NCBI RefSeq assembly: GCF_018977255.1
Contig: NW_024704742.1
Coordinates: forward strand, 123,568,001-123,632,000
DNA: 64,000 nt
Direction: 5' to 3'
From: Callorhinchus milii
Lineage: Eukaryota
Numbering within the stretch: position 1 is the stretch's first letter; every line of letters begins with the position of its first letter. The position numbers and the translations under genes are program-made. Positions 53,278 through 64,000 of the stretch are shown here, one piece after another. The notes beneath the pieces are model-generated. The model saw nothing but the letters and a program-made list of their open reading frames with translations. It did no database searches and had not been told where the DNA came from.

Positions 53278-53883
53278 CACACAACACATGGCTCCAGTCA
53301 CGGTCAGCTTATTCATTAGTAAGGAGCAGCTGGAACACATGATCATTTGGCAGGATTTGGTCCAACCAGTATGTTTGGCTGGGCCAAATGGTTCAAGATC
53401 ACGGAACGGCTATTAACACTTGAACGTATTATTTCAAATGCAAAGCTACAAGGGGACATATTAAGGTTTAAAGCAGTGGAGAAAAAAATCTAATTTGCTT
53501 CGTTGAGCAAACAAACACATTTCCTTCTCCAGTCAGAGTAATGGATTCCGTCACTCGGACTGAAAAACAATCGGATCTCAAATGGGACATTCACGAAATC
53601 ATTCACAAAAAGCAAATGCTGCAGGAACCCGGATGCGTCTCAGGCTAACCTACCAGAGCATTGCTCGGATTCCAATCTGATTTAATATGAAGGCACATTG
53701 CGGCCAAAGATGGCGATCTATGGCACATTAGTATCTGAGTAGCTTAACAGAGGTCAACCATCAGGGAACCTATTTGTAAATTGATTTGCAAATATTGCAC
53801 ACTTTCCCTAAATTTAATGGTTTTGCTAACCACAAACTGCCCAGCATCATTCTCTCATGTAAATTCTCATTTTTTTCCAACAG

Positions 53884-54060
53884 CTTTATCTCCAGGCACG
53901 AATGACGGCCAACTGGTGCAGACTGCTGCGCCCAACACTTCAGTTTGGTTTGATTGCAACATCTATCTATGTCGGCCTTTCCCGCGTGTCTGATTACAAA
54001 CACCACTGGAGCGATGTGCTGACCGGACTTATCGAGGGCGCGATTGCATCCACGTTAGTT
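53884..54060 (+). CDS. PLPP1: PLPP1 exon 5 (177 nt), catalytic motif C3
   Basis: Acceptor ttttttccaacag, donor GTT|gtgagt. Translates [59 protein letters not shown] (SRxxxxxHxxxD motif). Confidence 0.97.
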
Positions 54061-54890
54061 GTGAGTAGAAAGAAACAGCTTTATTTTGTCATTAGTGAAC
54101 AAAACTCAGTAGTTCTATGAATGATTGTATACCTAAAAGCATTTGGGAATTTAAGCACAGAATACCAATCAGTCTGTTTTAAGTACATTGGGTTCTCAAA
54201 CATGGTATTCAAGCAGGGATTCTGAGTATCCAAAATTCACACTCCTCACTGGAATTTTGCTGCAAAGGTAGATGAAAGAGCATTTACGCCATAATATACT
54301 TCCAGAGCCAGGGAAAAATTCCCACTTGGATTCCTTAAATAAGGAATTCTGTTCCAAATTTGGCGACTTTTAAGACGCATTGAATTTGGTCTTAATCGCA
54401 GGAAGAGCTGGGAGCATGTCTGCTACGAGATGTTGAAGGCAAGTAAAAATGGTAACTGGTGAACATTGCGAGTGCTGCTTTAATATGGCAAGATTGTCAA
54501 CAGCGGCCACTTCACCGACCATTTGCTGGAATATCACTGTTTGCACACAAACACAAATGGCAACAAAAAAAAAAGCTCTCTATCCTCACATGAATTTTTG
54601 TTTGTCATGTAGGACACACTGCTAATGGAAAATTGAAACTAAACAGAACCGTTTCACTAGTATAATACCCATTTTCTTTGCAGTGAAAATCTGACTAATC
54701 TTCCATTATTTGGCAATAAAATGTAGCAGGAATTTGCGTAGCAAAGCAATGGAAAAATGCTTTGGTAATAAATCACGTGTCTAAATATTTTTATGTTCCA
54801 GTTCAGCAAAAATCAAAGTATTATGGTGTCTACGTTTCAGAGCTGTTTCAAATATCCTTTTCTCTTCCCTGCCGCCAACCTTTCTGGTGG

Positions 54891-55208
54891 ATAATAATCC
54901 TTGCATTTGATATAGCGCTTTTCACGTCGGGAGGACGTCCCCAAGCGCTGCACAGAACACACTGTAAAATGAATTGACTGTATATTTGTGGGCGAACGTG
55001 GCAGCCAATTGCGCACAGCAGTGTCCCACAAACAGTCATAGATTGAAAATGACCAATTTATTATTGTTTTTGGTTTTTGGAGGGATTATTATTAGGCTCT
55101 GTGTGGAGTAAGGAAAGTTGCCCAAGGTTTCGCCCTGACCTGCCTGGAATTGAACTCAGGTCTCTCGCTTGCAAAGCGAGTGCTCTAACCACTGAGCTAC
55201 AGGACTCC
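54891..55208 (-). mobile_element. SINE family A, full length
   Basis: Complete head, core and tail, very similar to 51471-51790. Confidence 0.93.
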
Positions 55209-56519
55209 ACGGATAGACCTTGTTTATCATGAGTTGCCTTTCCCACACTGACACCAGTCAAGTAAAAGCAGCAATGGGCATAGACGTGAGTCAAGAAACC
55301 GATGTCCTCTTGCCAATCCTGACTTCACCAGCTGCTGGATTGCCAGCAATCAATGCAAAACACAAGCATGGCTACGAGTCTTTAAGCTGTTGTATTGATG
55401 CTGCAATCTCTGCAGATACCACTCAGTGTTGACGTCAGCACAGTGGTGCACAATAATTGAATTAATGAAACAGTTTAGATTTCTGGTCAGAATGCTGATT
55501 TATAGTTGTGACCAGTGCTGCTTTTACTTTACATGAATGCTACCCAACGCTGCCCACCTTTAGCAATAGGTCGAAACTCATTTGGAAATGCAGACTGGTT
55601 CAGACCAGCAAAGTGGTTTTGAATGCTGCAAGACCAGAAATCAAGTTATGACACAAGCTTTTAAAAACAGTGTGTCCGTGAAGTTGTTTGCCTGTTGTCC
55701 TGGTGCCATGGAATCTATCCAACGATATAACCAGACAATATAATCATCATCCTTGCATTTGATATAGTGCTTTTCACATCTTCTGAACGTCTCAAAGCGC
55801 TCGGAGTAGGAAGCTAGATATAAAGAGTTCAGTAATATTAATGCAGTATTAGACCACACTCACATATTTCAACAGCACCTGGAAGTTAGTTTTACATTTT
55901 AAAGGTGAGTTACGTTGGGCTATGAAGGACAATTTTAGACAGTATTTCACACACAAATAGTTAACATTTCACATAGTTAATCAACACTTGGCCACGAGAG
56001 TCGGTTCAGGCCACATTTAATAAAAAAGCTTGATGCTGTGATGGGAAGATTTGTATTTTCAGTGCTCTTGAGATGCTGCCCCACATGAAGAGCACTATAT
56101 AAATGCAAGTTGTTGTCTGCTAGAAGGCTGAAATTAGAGTTAACGGGTCATCATCTGAACCTCTCGTGAAAACAGTGAATTGCTGAAGCTACGTCATTAT
56201 TTAGTAGTGTATTTAATTTGCTTGTTGTCCGAGTCCTTTATTCGCCATCTGCTTAGAAACATAGACATCTGCAGAGCAGAAGGCACCCATTAAGACTCAT
56301 TTAGTCCCGGCTCACAGAACAAGATCACTTCAGTCCCACCACCCTACCTTTTCCCCTTAACCCTTTAAGCTCCTCTCTTTCAAATACCTATCCACTGCCC
56401 TCTTGAAAAGGTTCAATGGACCCCATCTCTACCACCCTACTTGACAGGGAGTTCCACATCCCAGCTACTCTCTTGATGAAAAAAATCCCAAGTTGTTCTT
56501 TGTTCTTGTATATCAACCT

Positions 56520-56820
56520 GTCTGCTCCCTCCACTCAGGCCTGCTCCACATCCTCTCCCCTTGGTCCACCCCACCATTAGTAAGGCGTTCAGCCTCTCTG
56601 TTCCCACCCTTTGGAACTGCATCCCAGTCCCTTCGCCTCGCTCCCTCCCTTCCTTGTCTCTTTCAAGGCACATCTCAAGACCCTCTTCAACCGCACCTTC
56701 GTCCACCCTTCTAACCCTACCCTCCACCCCCCCCCCCCAGCTCTTGTCAAAACCCCTGACTGTCCAGTGCCTTGGGACATCCTTCTGACGTGAAAGGGGC
56801 TATACACATGTAATTGTTAT
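56520..56820 (+). mobile_element. L2 LINE 3' fragment
   Basis: C-rich L2 ORF2 end and tail cagtgccttgggacatccttctgacgtgaaagg. Confidence 0.83.
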
Positions 56821-57885
56821 TTATGAAGACAGTTGTTCATAAAACTACAATTTTAAAAGCTCATTCATGACATGGAACTGAGAAATTTACAGCACAGAAG
56901 GCCGTTCAGTCATCATGCCTGTGCCGGCTCTTTTAAAATCAATCCTTTCAGTCCCATTTACTTGTTCTTTCTCCAGACTCTGCAGTTCATAATTCAAGGT
57001 GGGACACCAGGGGAGGTCTTCCTTAGTGATTCTAAATACACTGACATAAAAAAAACACATCAGCCTGAGAGAAACCCTGATACTGGTCACTTAAACAAAT
57101 TTACATGTAATCTTCCTGTTAGCATCCTTACTTTACAGCAGAATAGAGGGAACTGAAAACCAAACGCTAAAAGTTAAGTGCTTGCTTGCCTCTTTCAATT
57201 TTCTTAAAGGCACGGCGATATTTTGAGAAATGTAGGTTGGGGGATTACAAGAATTTTGAAATGTCCTCCCAATATGAAATTTATCAAATGCAATGTATAA
57301 GTCACACTGATTCTGTTCAGTAGTTGTTGACAGCCCTCAGGTTCATATACTCTCTATCCTCCTCCCCAACTTATTTTTAAAAAATATTTTCAACAACTTG
57401 CATTTATATTAGCATCTTCGAGCTCCACGCCGACCCGCGGAGATAGAGGGTTGACTGTAGACACGGGTGAAGAGGAAGGTCTTCAGTTTAGATTTATTAT
57501 TTAATGAGAGGAAGCTAGATCTTCACATGAGGGAGAGGGAAATAGAAGGGTAAGAAGGAGTAAGGTAACTCACGTAGAGCATAAACACCAGTGCTGGCTG
57601 AGCCGAGTGAGTTGTTTCCTTGCTGTGCACTCTCTGGGGAAGTAAACTTATAAAAAGGATAGGTGATGAGGACAGAAAGAGACGTTATTTCTACATGCAA
57701 TGTGATGATAGATATGGACGTTAGGAGAAATGGGACTAAAACGTTAACATGAATTAATAAAATGGCAGACCAGATGCACAGTGGTACAAATGGCCTCCTC
57801 TTGCTTTTATCATGTTATTTAATCGATCACAAACATCCCCACCTGGAACCACTGTTAGTCTAATGGTACATTTTTCTCTGTGCAG

Positions 57886-58011
57886 GTGGTGTACGTCTCG
57901 GGCTTCTTCAAAAAGAGAAATACCAAAATTTCACCAAAAGACGAGGAAAATTCACAAACAAATTTACGCGAGACACAAAGAAACCATTTTGGCAGCAACC
58001 ATCAGCCATAA
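57886..58011 (+). CDS. PLPP1: PLPP1 last coding exon (exon 6) to stop
   Basis: Acceptor tttttctctgtgcag. Translates VVYVSGFFKKRNTKISPKDEENSQTNLRETQRNHFGSNHQP*. The C-terminal SNHQP is characteristic of LPP1 rather than LPP2 or LPP3. Confidence 0.95.
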   Translation: MVYVSGFFKKRNTKISPKDEENSQTNLRETQRNHFGSNHQP

Positions 58012-58316
58012 AAGATTGCCAATGGCATCAGTGAATGTAAACTTCTCTGATGACAACTACTCACTCATCACAAATTCAGTAAGATATCTATTCACTCGAG
58101 CAGATAATTGCCTATAATGGATTAGCACCTGCTGCTATTACCTTCGGAACCGCCACTTCACTTTGTATATATTAAATACATATTATTGCCTATATAACAG
58201 CAAGTAAATTTTGTTTATAATTACAAATATTTTTTTATTTGTACTGTACCTTATAAAAAACGCTTTTATCACTAAAGGATATAAAGCATTCAAACAATAT
58301 TCTAAAATGTAAAATG

Positions 58317-58322
58317 TTTATT
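58317..58322 (-). promoter_or_regulatory. Candidate MTREX poly(A) signal (TTTATT on + = AATAAA on -)
   Basis: About 270 nt past the MTREX stop, with minus-strand UGUA about 23 nt upstream. A second minus-strand AATAAA lies at 58234-58239. Confidence 0.55.
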
Positions 58323-58414
58323 AAATGATCTGGCAAGGCTTATGTACAGAGTTTCAACTGTTGGAAGCTTGCTTTGATGATGCTTGAGTTTGGTAATACA
58401 TGAATCCATTGGAA

Positions 58415-58420
58415 AATAAA
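58415..58420 (+). promoter_or_regulatory. Candidate PLPP1 poly(A) signal AATAAA
   Basis: First canonical hexamer I found after the PLPP1 stop. Upstream UGUA at 58343 and downstream GU-rich catgtgttgggatg at about 58446-58459. Weaker ATTAAA alternatives at 58171 and 58320. Confidence 0.55.
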
Positions 58421-58591
58421 ACAGTCACAAAAGTCTACCAATCTCCATGTGTTGGGATGCTTATTTGTGCACTCGAGAACGTCTCTGTGAAAACCATCAG
58501 CCTCAGTAATTCTGGCCACAAAGTCTCCTGGCAGATGGCAGAGAGTTCACCCTGAATGGGAAGGACCACTTGTGCTGCTCATGTGATGATG

Positions 58592-58644
58592 TTACAAGTA
58601 AAGACTTGCAGCAAATACAATATCTCTTTTGATCTTGGTTATGC
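58592..58644 (-). CDS. MTREX: MTREX (SKIV2L2/MTR4 exosome RNA helicase) last coding exon to stop
   Basis: Minus strand: tttgtccacag|GC ATA ACC AAG ATC AAA AGA GAT ATT GTA TTT GCT GCA AGT CTT TAC TTG TAA = (G)ITKIKRDIVFAASLYL*, the highly conserved MTR4 C-terminus. Confidence 0.96.
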
Positions 58645-60219
58645 CTGTGGACAAAGGATCAATCATTCATTATCCAATTTACTTGCAAAAGTATTTCCCG
58701 AACACATGTAACATTTTAGTTTGCAAAGTGTTAGCAAATCTTCAACCATTCATCAGTCTTCTTTATATTTCAGCTTTTTCTCGATACCTTGCGACCAATA
58801 TATTTGTGCCAACAAAAAGGATGTACAGTAGAACCATACACAACATTCAACACCAGTGATGCTGACTGGTAGAAAGCGTGTAATATCAAACGGTAGCTAG
58901 CCAATGTGACACCGCAACTGAGAAAATTGGCTGTAGAGTATACGGACTTTGCCTATCAAGTATCCATCCTTCTTTCATTTTTTTGCACGCACCAAAATTG
59001 TGTCTTATCACTACAAATGAGCCAGCTTGTTCATTGTGAATATTGAGCAGCAAGATTAACTCAATTTTGAATAAATAATAGTGCAGCTAAATAGAGGAAA
59101 TTGTCTGAAATTTATTCCTTGTAGTGCAATGCTACGTATAAAACAATATGATGAGAATGTGTTCCAGGGTAATTAAGACCAAGTGGTGACCCGGAGTGAA
59201 TGTGCATCAATACTTATTTGATTTCACTGTTTAAACACAGGAGAAAAAGCCAAGAAAGATCAAGTTTTCCTCCTTTTTTTTAGCTAAGGAGTATTATGCA
59301 GTTGGGGTGGGGGAGAAGAAGGGAGAAAGCAATGAAAGAAAATTTACACAGGACATCTCAAAAAAGTCAACAGTGATGGGCTATCTACTGTAGGTTAGGC
59401 TTGTTCTATGGACATCTCTAAACATAAAATTAAATCAATCATCCAAGTGAGTGCCAGAAAAACACTGGGACATGATCCCTTTAAGAGTTGGGTGCCATCT
59501 TGACCATGTCTTCGCCCTCTTCTTTCCCCTTATTTATGTATGGTTTCATTACTGTATATGTCACTTCACACACAAATCAGAAACTCCTAAGTACACTAGG
59601 TCAGAAGGAAAACAGATGGGTAGGTATGAAAAGGGGCTTTGTATGTGCATGCTGATCTGTATTTAGCTAAAGAATTCCATACTTAAGGTAGGCAATGTAA
59701 TATTATATCTAACCCGTTCAGCCAAATGAATTATGCCAACTAACACAGGAAACAGAGGTTACTGATCTCTATAGAGAGAGAGAGAGAAAAAAATCTTTAA
59801 AGTGTCCACAGTGTCAAAACTTGTCACAGCAGTTCACAAATAATTACTGTGAAGTGCGATGGCTATTTCTGTAGGCAAATGTGGCAGCCATTTTACACAC
59901 TGCAAAGTCTCACAAACAGCCATTAATCTAGAGGATTGTTGGCCTCGAGAATAATCAAGAGAAATATTCTCTTTTCAAACAGGGCCATATGGTATTTAAT
60001 GCCCACTTGAACAGGCAGACGGGAGCTTGGTGTAATGTCTCATCGCTCCCCTGGATTTGTTTATGACAATTACAACCTAAAGCCACGATTTAGGAGTAGG
60101 CAGGCAATGTTTTACGACAGTGTTCCTAAAAAATGAAGCAACATAATCTTAAGCGTAAACCACAAATTCAAGTGCTGAATCAATAAATAGATATAATCAC
60201 CTGAACACAAATCTCATGC

Positions 60220-60645
60220 AGCAACAACAAATTACACTGGTTTAGCGTCCTTCATGTCGGAAAGATGTCCCAGTGTGCTGGACAGTCAAGAGTTTTTTTG
60301 CACACAAGCTGGGAGTTGGGGTCAGGAGGGGTGGAGGACGGGGGTGGGGAGGTGGCCGAAGGTACGGTGAAAGAGGAAGGTCTACAGGACTTAAAGGAAA
60401 CAAAAGAGGGGACGAGGTGGAGGGATTGCGGATAGAGTTCCAGAGTGTGGGGACAGGGATGCTGAATGCCTGACCGCCAATGGTTGGGTGAGAAATGAGG
60501 GGGACTTGAAGCAGGCCGGAGTCTGCCGAGGGGAGCGGGCAAGCTAATATAGGGTTAGGAGGTCGGAGAGGTGGGAGCAAGACTGGAGGGCTTTGAAGGT
60601 GAGAACGAGAGTTTGTACTCAATTCTCTGCGGGATGGGGAGCCAT
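60220..60645 (-). mobile_element. L2 LINE 3' fragment in the last MTREX intron
   Basis: Same family as 17942-18556 (HPTIGGQAFSIPVPTLWNSI), with tail at about 60220-60290. Confidence 0.85.
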
Positions 60646-61295
60646 CTCCAACATCCTCAACTGAAGATCACTGGATAGCCATCAGGGATGAAACCATAGA
60701 TGAGTTCCTATCGTAGCAATGCACCATAGCTAAATTGCTGTGCTGTCGCTGCTGAGATCAAATAACTCGACAAAAATCAGGAATCCAGCTTAATACCACA
60801 CTTAGGTATATATATATCCATTGCGGGAAGAAAGTCAATGCTCTTAATACATGGCTTGGAAAAAAATGAGGGCATTATATATCAACAGAATTGTGTTTGA
60901 CAAACCAGGGTACCAATGGATGTTCAACAACTCAATTTCTTGGTAGAATTAAAGGCTGCAATAGTAGTCTTGCCAACCCTCCGTCAACTAGGTGATAAAT
61001 CCTACTTAGTAAATACTGCACTGCAACTGTGTAATGACAGCTGGGCATCCCAACCAATTAGATTTGTTAGGTACCAGTGGCTAACCTGCTTCTGCAGAGC
61101 ACTGTAAGCTTCTAGAAAATTATGGTTTATATATTTCCAATGGGGCGGTCACAACTAAATGAAGAAAACATTGCACAGCTAAATAACCTTTTGAAGAAAG
61201 GTTCTTTCTGTTCAGATTTTTTAATAGGCACCCAAACCAGGCTGCTCTCGATCTAACTTCTGACAAATCGTTGTCATTTAACCAATTCAACATAC

Positions 61296-61400
61296 CTTCT
61301 GAGAATTTGTTTTCCAGTTCTGTGTTTCCTATGGCCTTTGCTGCTTGACACATCTGACGAAGGAGTTCCTCCAGTCGTCTCATACAACGAATGATGCTCC
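61296..61400 (-). CDS. MTREX: MTREX penultimate coding exon (105 nt, phase 1-1)
   Basis: Minus-strand acceptor tttttaatag, donor G|gtatgt. Translates (G)SIIRCMRRLEELLRQMCQAAKAIGNTELENKFSE(G), the DSHCT region of MTR4. Confidence 0.96.
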
Positions 61401-64000
61401 CTATTAAAAAGTTATAAATGGTAATTCTTCAATTTGACATTGTGCATTCAAAGCATTTGACAACCATTCTGTAATGGGTACTTGCTCGCATTTATAGTAA
61501 AAATAAAGTGCTAAATTATTTTGACAGAAAGAGGAAAGAATCATTTGCAGCAAACAAACAATTTTTCGATTCCATGAAGGAGTCCAATTGCCCCAAGACA
61601 TCCTATAGCTACAGAAAAATATATGCTATTTTTATTCCACAAAAGTGGTGAGAACACAACAAATAATCAAACATTAGATTACAAAAATTAAGTAGTTCAC
61701 CTTTACTCACAAGTTGATGTACATAATATAGTGTATAGGAACGGGCACATTATTCTTCTCATTATTGGTGATCTCTTTGATCCTGAGGGTCGCAGATCGA
61801 GAATGTTTTGTAAAACTATCAGAAATACCACAGGAAACAGATAATCATATATACTCCAGGTTAATCTCTAATCTTTATTTCCCTGGCTAGGAGTTGATCA
61901 AATAGGGTTCTAATGCAACAAATTTTCTGGGAAGGAACAGCTGAACTTGATTTAGATTTTACCTGATCTGTCCTTCCACCAGGGATTATGGAGTGACCAG
62001 GAGTGAAATCCTGTCCATTTTTTTCCTCCCAAGCAAGGGAATGCTGAAGTCAACTGTAACACCTCAACTATCACTGTGGCTGAGATCAGTTAACTTGGCA
62101 GTAATCAAGGTTTGAACTATGGCTCAGTAACACATCCCAGAGGGTGGTTACCTGCTGTGCCATTGCATGGTATTGTATGTTATGTTTTTGTATGGTATAA
62201 CTACTTTTCTGGCTTCTGAAAGCTATTGGCAGAGAATTATTTAATCTGTCCACTTGGTTTTATAAGTAGAGATAAATCATTCAATTGTACTCGCTAATAG
62301 CACAAGTAGGTTTACAGTGAGTATGCACAAAGTGGATAAAATTCTGCAAATGATTGGTGTTGTTGGTGTGCTGTACCTATAGCACATTTCCAGGTAATAA
62401 AAATTGTTTACAGGTTTGCCATTTCCAACCTGTTTCTCGTATAAATCTGAACCAGTACAAATGGTGAATTAACTTGTATGTCATCACATTGGTGATGTAT
62501 TCTCCAGCTGTAGTATTGCGGTGCAACACTAATCCTTCGTGTAAAAAAAATCCTGAATTTCAGTGGGTTCTCATGTGAAGTCTAATACAGTTTCCACCAC
62601 TGCTTTGGACTAAAAACAGACTATTCAAATATCATTACATTTCAACACTATCTGTTGACAACAAGAAACAAAGTATTCAACTAATTTTGTTTTAAAACAG
62701 TTCCAACCATTTATCAAAATGATTTAATGAGATTTAATATCACTGTTTTAATGAAAGTATACAGTCGATGGATATTTTATTTTTTGCACAACAAACTTTT
62801 TCTGCAGTGAAAGAACTAATTGTCCTTGCTGCCTGACCTGTAAGACTGCCAGGACTCCTGCAAACAAAATGCCACAATTGCAGTGAACTTATATCCATGA
62901 ATCCCAACAGTTCCAAGAAGCCCAAGCCCATCTGGAATGAATTATCATAACAGGGCACAAACCCAACACAACTGAAATCGCTGCAGATTCCAAGAGCAGA
63001 GCCACGCTGCATTTTGGCAATCCATCAATTTTCATTTCTTTATAAGTAAGCTTTACTTACACAGACTTTAAAAACTTCTGTGAAAGTTAAAGTTAAACCA
63101 AGCATTTAAACTCTGGTTAATAAAGTACCACTATACAAAACAAAACCCTTGCAATATTTACCAATTAAATCAAGGCTACAATGGGTAGTAAATTCATTAA
63201 ATAATAACCTCATTCAAAACAAATTTAGAAAAAAGTCAATCCAGGTAATAAATAGTAAAAGATGATCTTTCAAAACTCCAATTTAAAGAATATCAGATTA
63301 TGTGCTTGGTTCATTTCAGGATTTTAGATGCACTAAAATCCAGAGTTTATAAATATCGGGTTAAATTCATGATATGGGTATTTCAAGGACAGCAAGGTCT
63401 CAATGCAGGTCAAGCTTGCAGTATATAGGAACTGTGTGCAAACAATTCTCCTTTTTGGATCTGAGCTTCCTCCAGCCCATTTGCAAAGTCCAGGATCAAG
63501 CAGTGAGGTGGATTTGTGGCCAACACAGGAAGCGGCAGCAGGGAGGGAAGACTCTAGCCCACAGTGACCTGTCCCTGAGCAACCTGGAGGCAGAGTCAGC
63601 TTCACAGGAGGCACGTCTATTTGCCAAGGCCCCTCGTACGAGGACTTGGATTAATCAGATAGTGCTGAGTAAGCCTGGTATGTGGCATTGGACTTGGACC
63701 TCCAGAACAACAAGGTGGCGGGCAAGAAGATGGCGGCAATGGTCTCATACATTTCACAATGAGCTGTGGTTGCCCACCAGGAACCTTGCTGGGAGTTCCT
63801 GATCCTATCCACCTAGTGAGGAGTCAATCCCATGCTCGTCAGGTGAGCAACTAGTGACTAACCTCCCAGAGTGGGGTGGGAGGGAGGGGGGGAAGTGGGG
63901 TCTCCTTGCGGCTGAACTGGCTACAAGAGCAGTGCTGTACTCACTTGCCTGTTTTCAGGTTTTCTCCGACTGACAGCTGTGTAAAGTATAAGGCGACACA

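Noticed and set aside
63333..63802. 142-aa and 93-aa ORFs
   Set aside because: No recognisable domain or splice context; probably decayed repeat sequence.
61401..64000. Next upstream MTREX exon (expected to end ...ICKMTDVFE)
   Set aside because: No matching minus-strand peptide found; probably beyond the window.

Overview
Vertebrate genomic DNA, AT-rich and intron-dominated. The SINE/L2/CR1 repertoire suggests a cartilaginous fish, possibly a chimaera such as Callorhinchus (inference). The + strand carries most of PLPP1 (PPAP2A/LPP1, phospholipid phosphatase 1): two homologous, mutually exclusive versions of exon 2 (16184-16338, 155 nt; 27722-27873, 152 nt) and exons 3-6, ending at TAA 58009-58011. 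I did not find exon 1, which probably lies upstream of the window. The - strand carries the last two coding exons of MTREX (SKIV2L2/MTR4) at 61296-61400 and 58592-58644. The two stop codons are only 580 nt apart, and the poly(A) signals suggest overlapping 3' UTRs. Introns hold many copies of a young tRNA-derived Deu-domain SINE, older SINEs, L2 and CR1 fragments (including a 1.5-kb CR1 RT remnant) and two copies of an internally deleted hAT transposon. I found no prokaryote-type system or convincing new gene. The best leads are RNA-level: frame-enforced exon exclusivity with an RBFOX/MBNL motif cluster, the tail-to-tail overlap, a candidate MTREX poison microexon and a duplicated hairpin-forming intronic element. 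Most ORFs in the supplied track are spurious or repeat-derived. Repeat boundaries are approximate.
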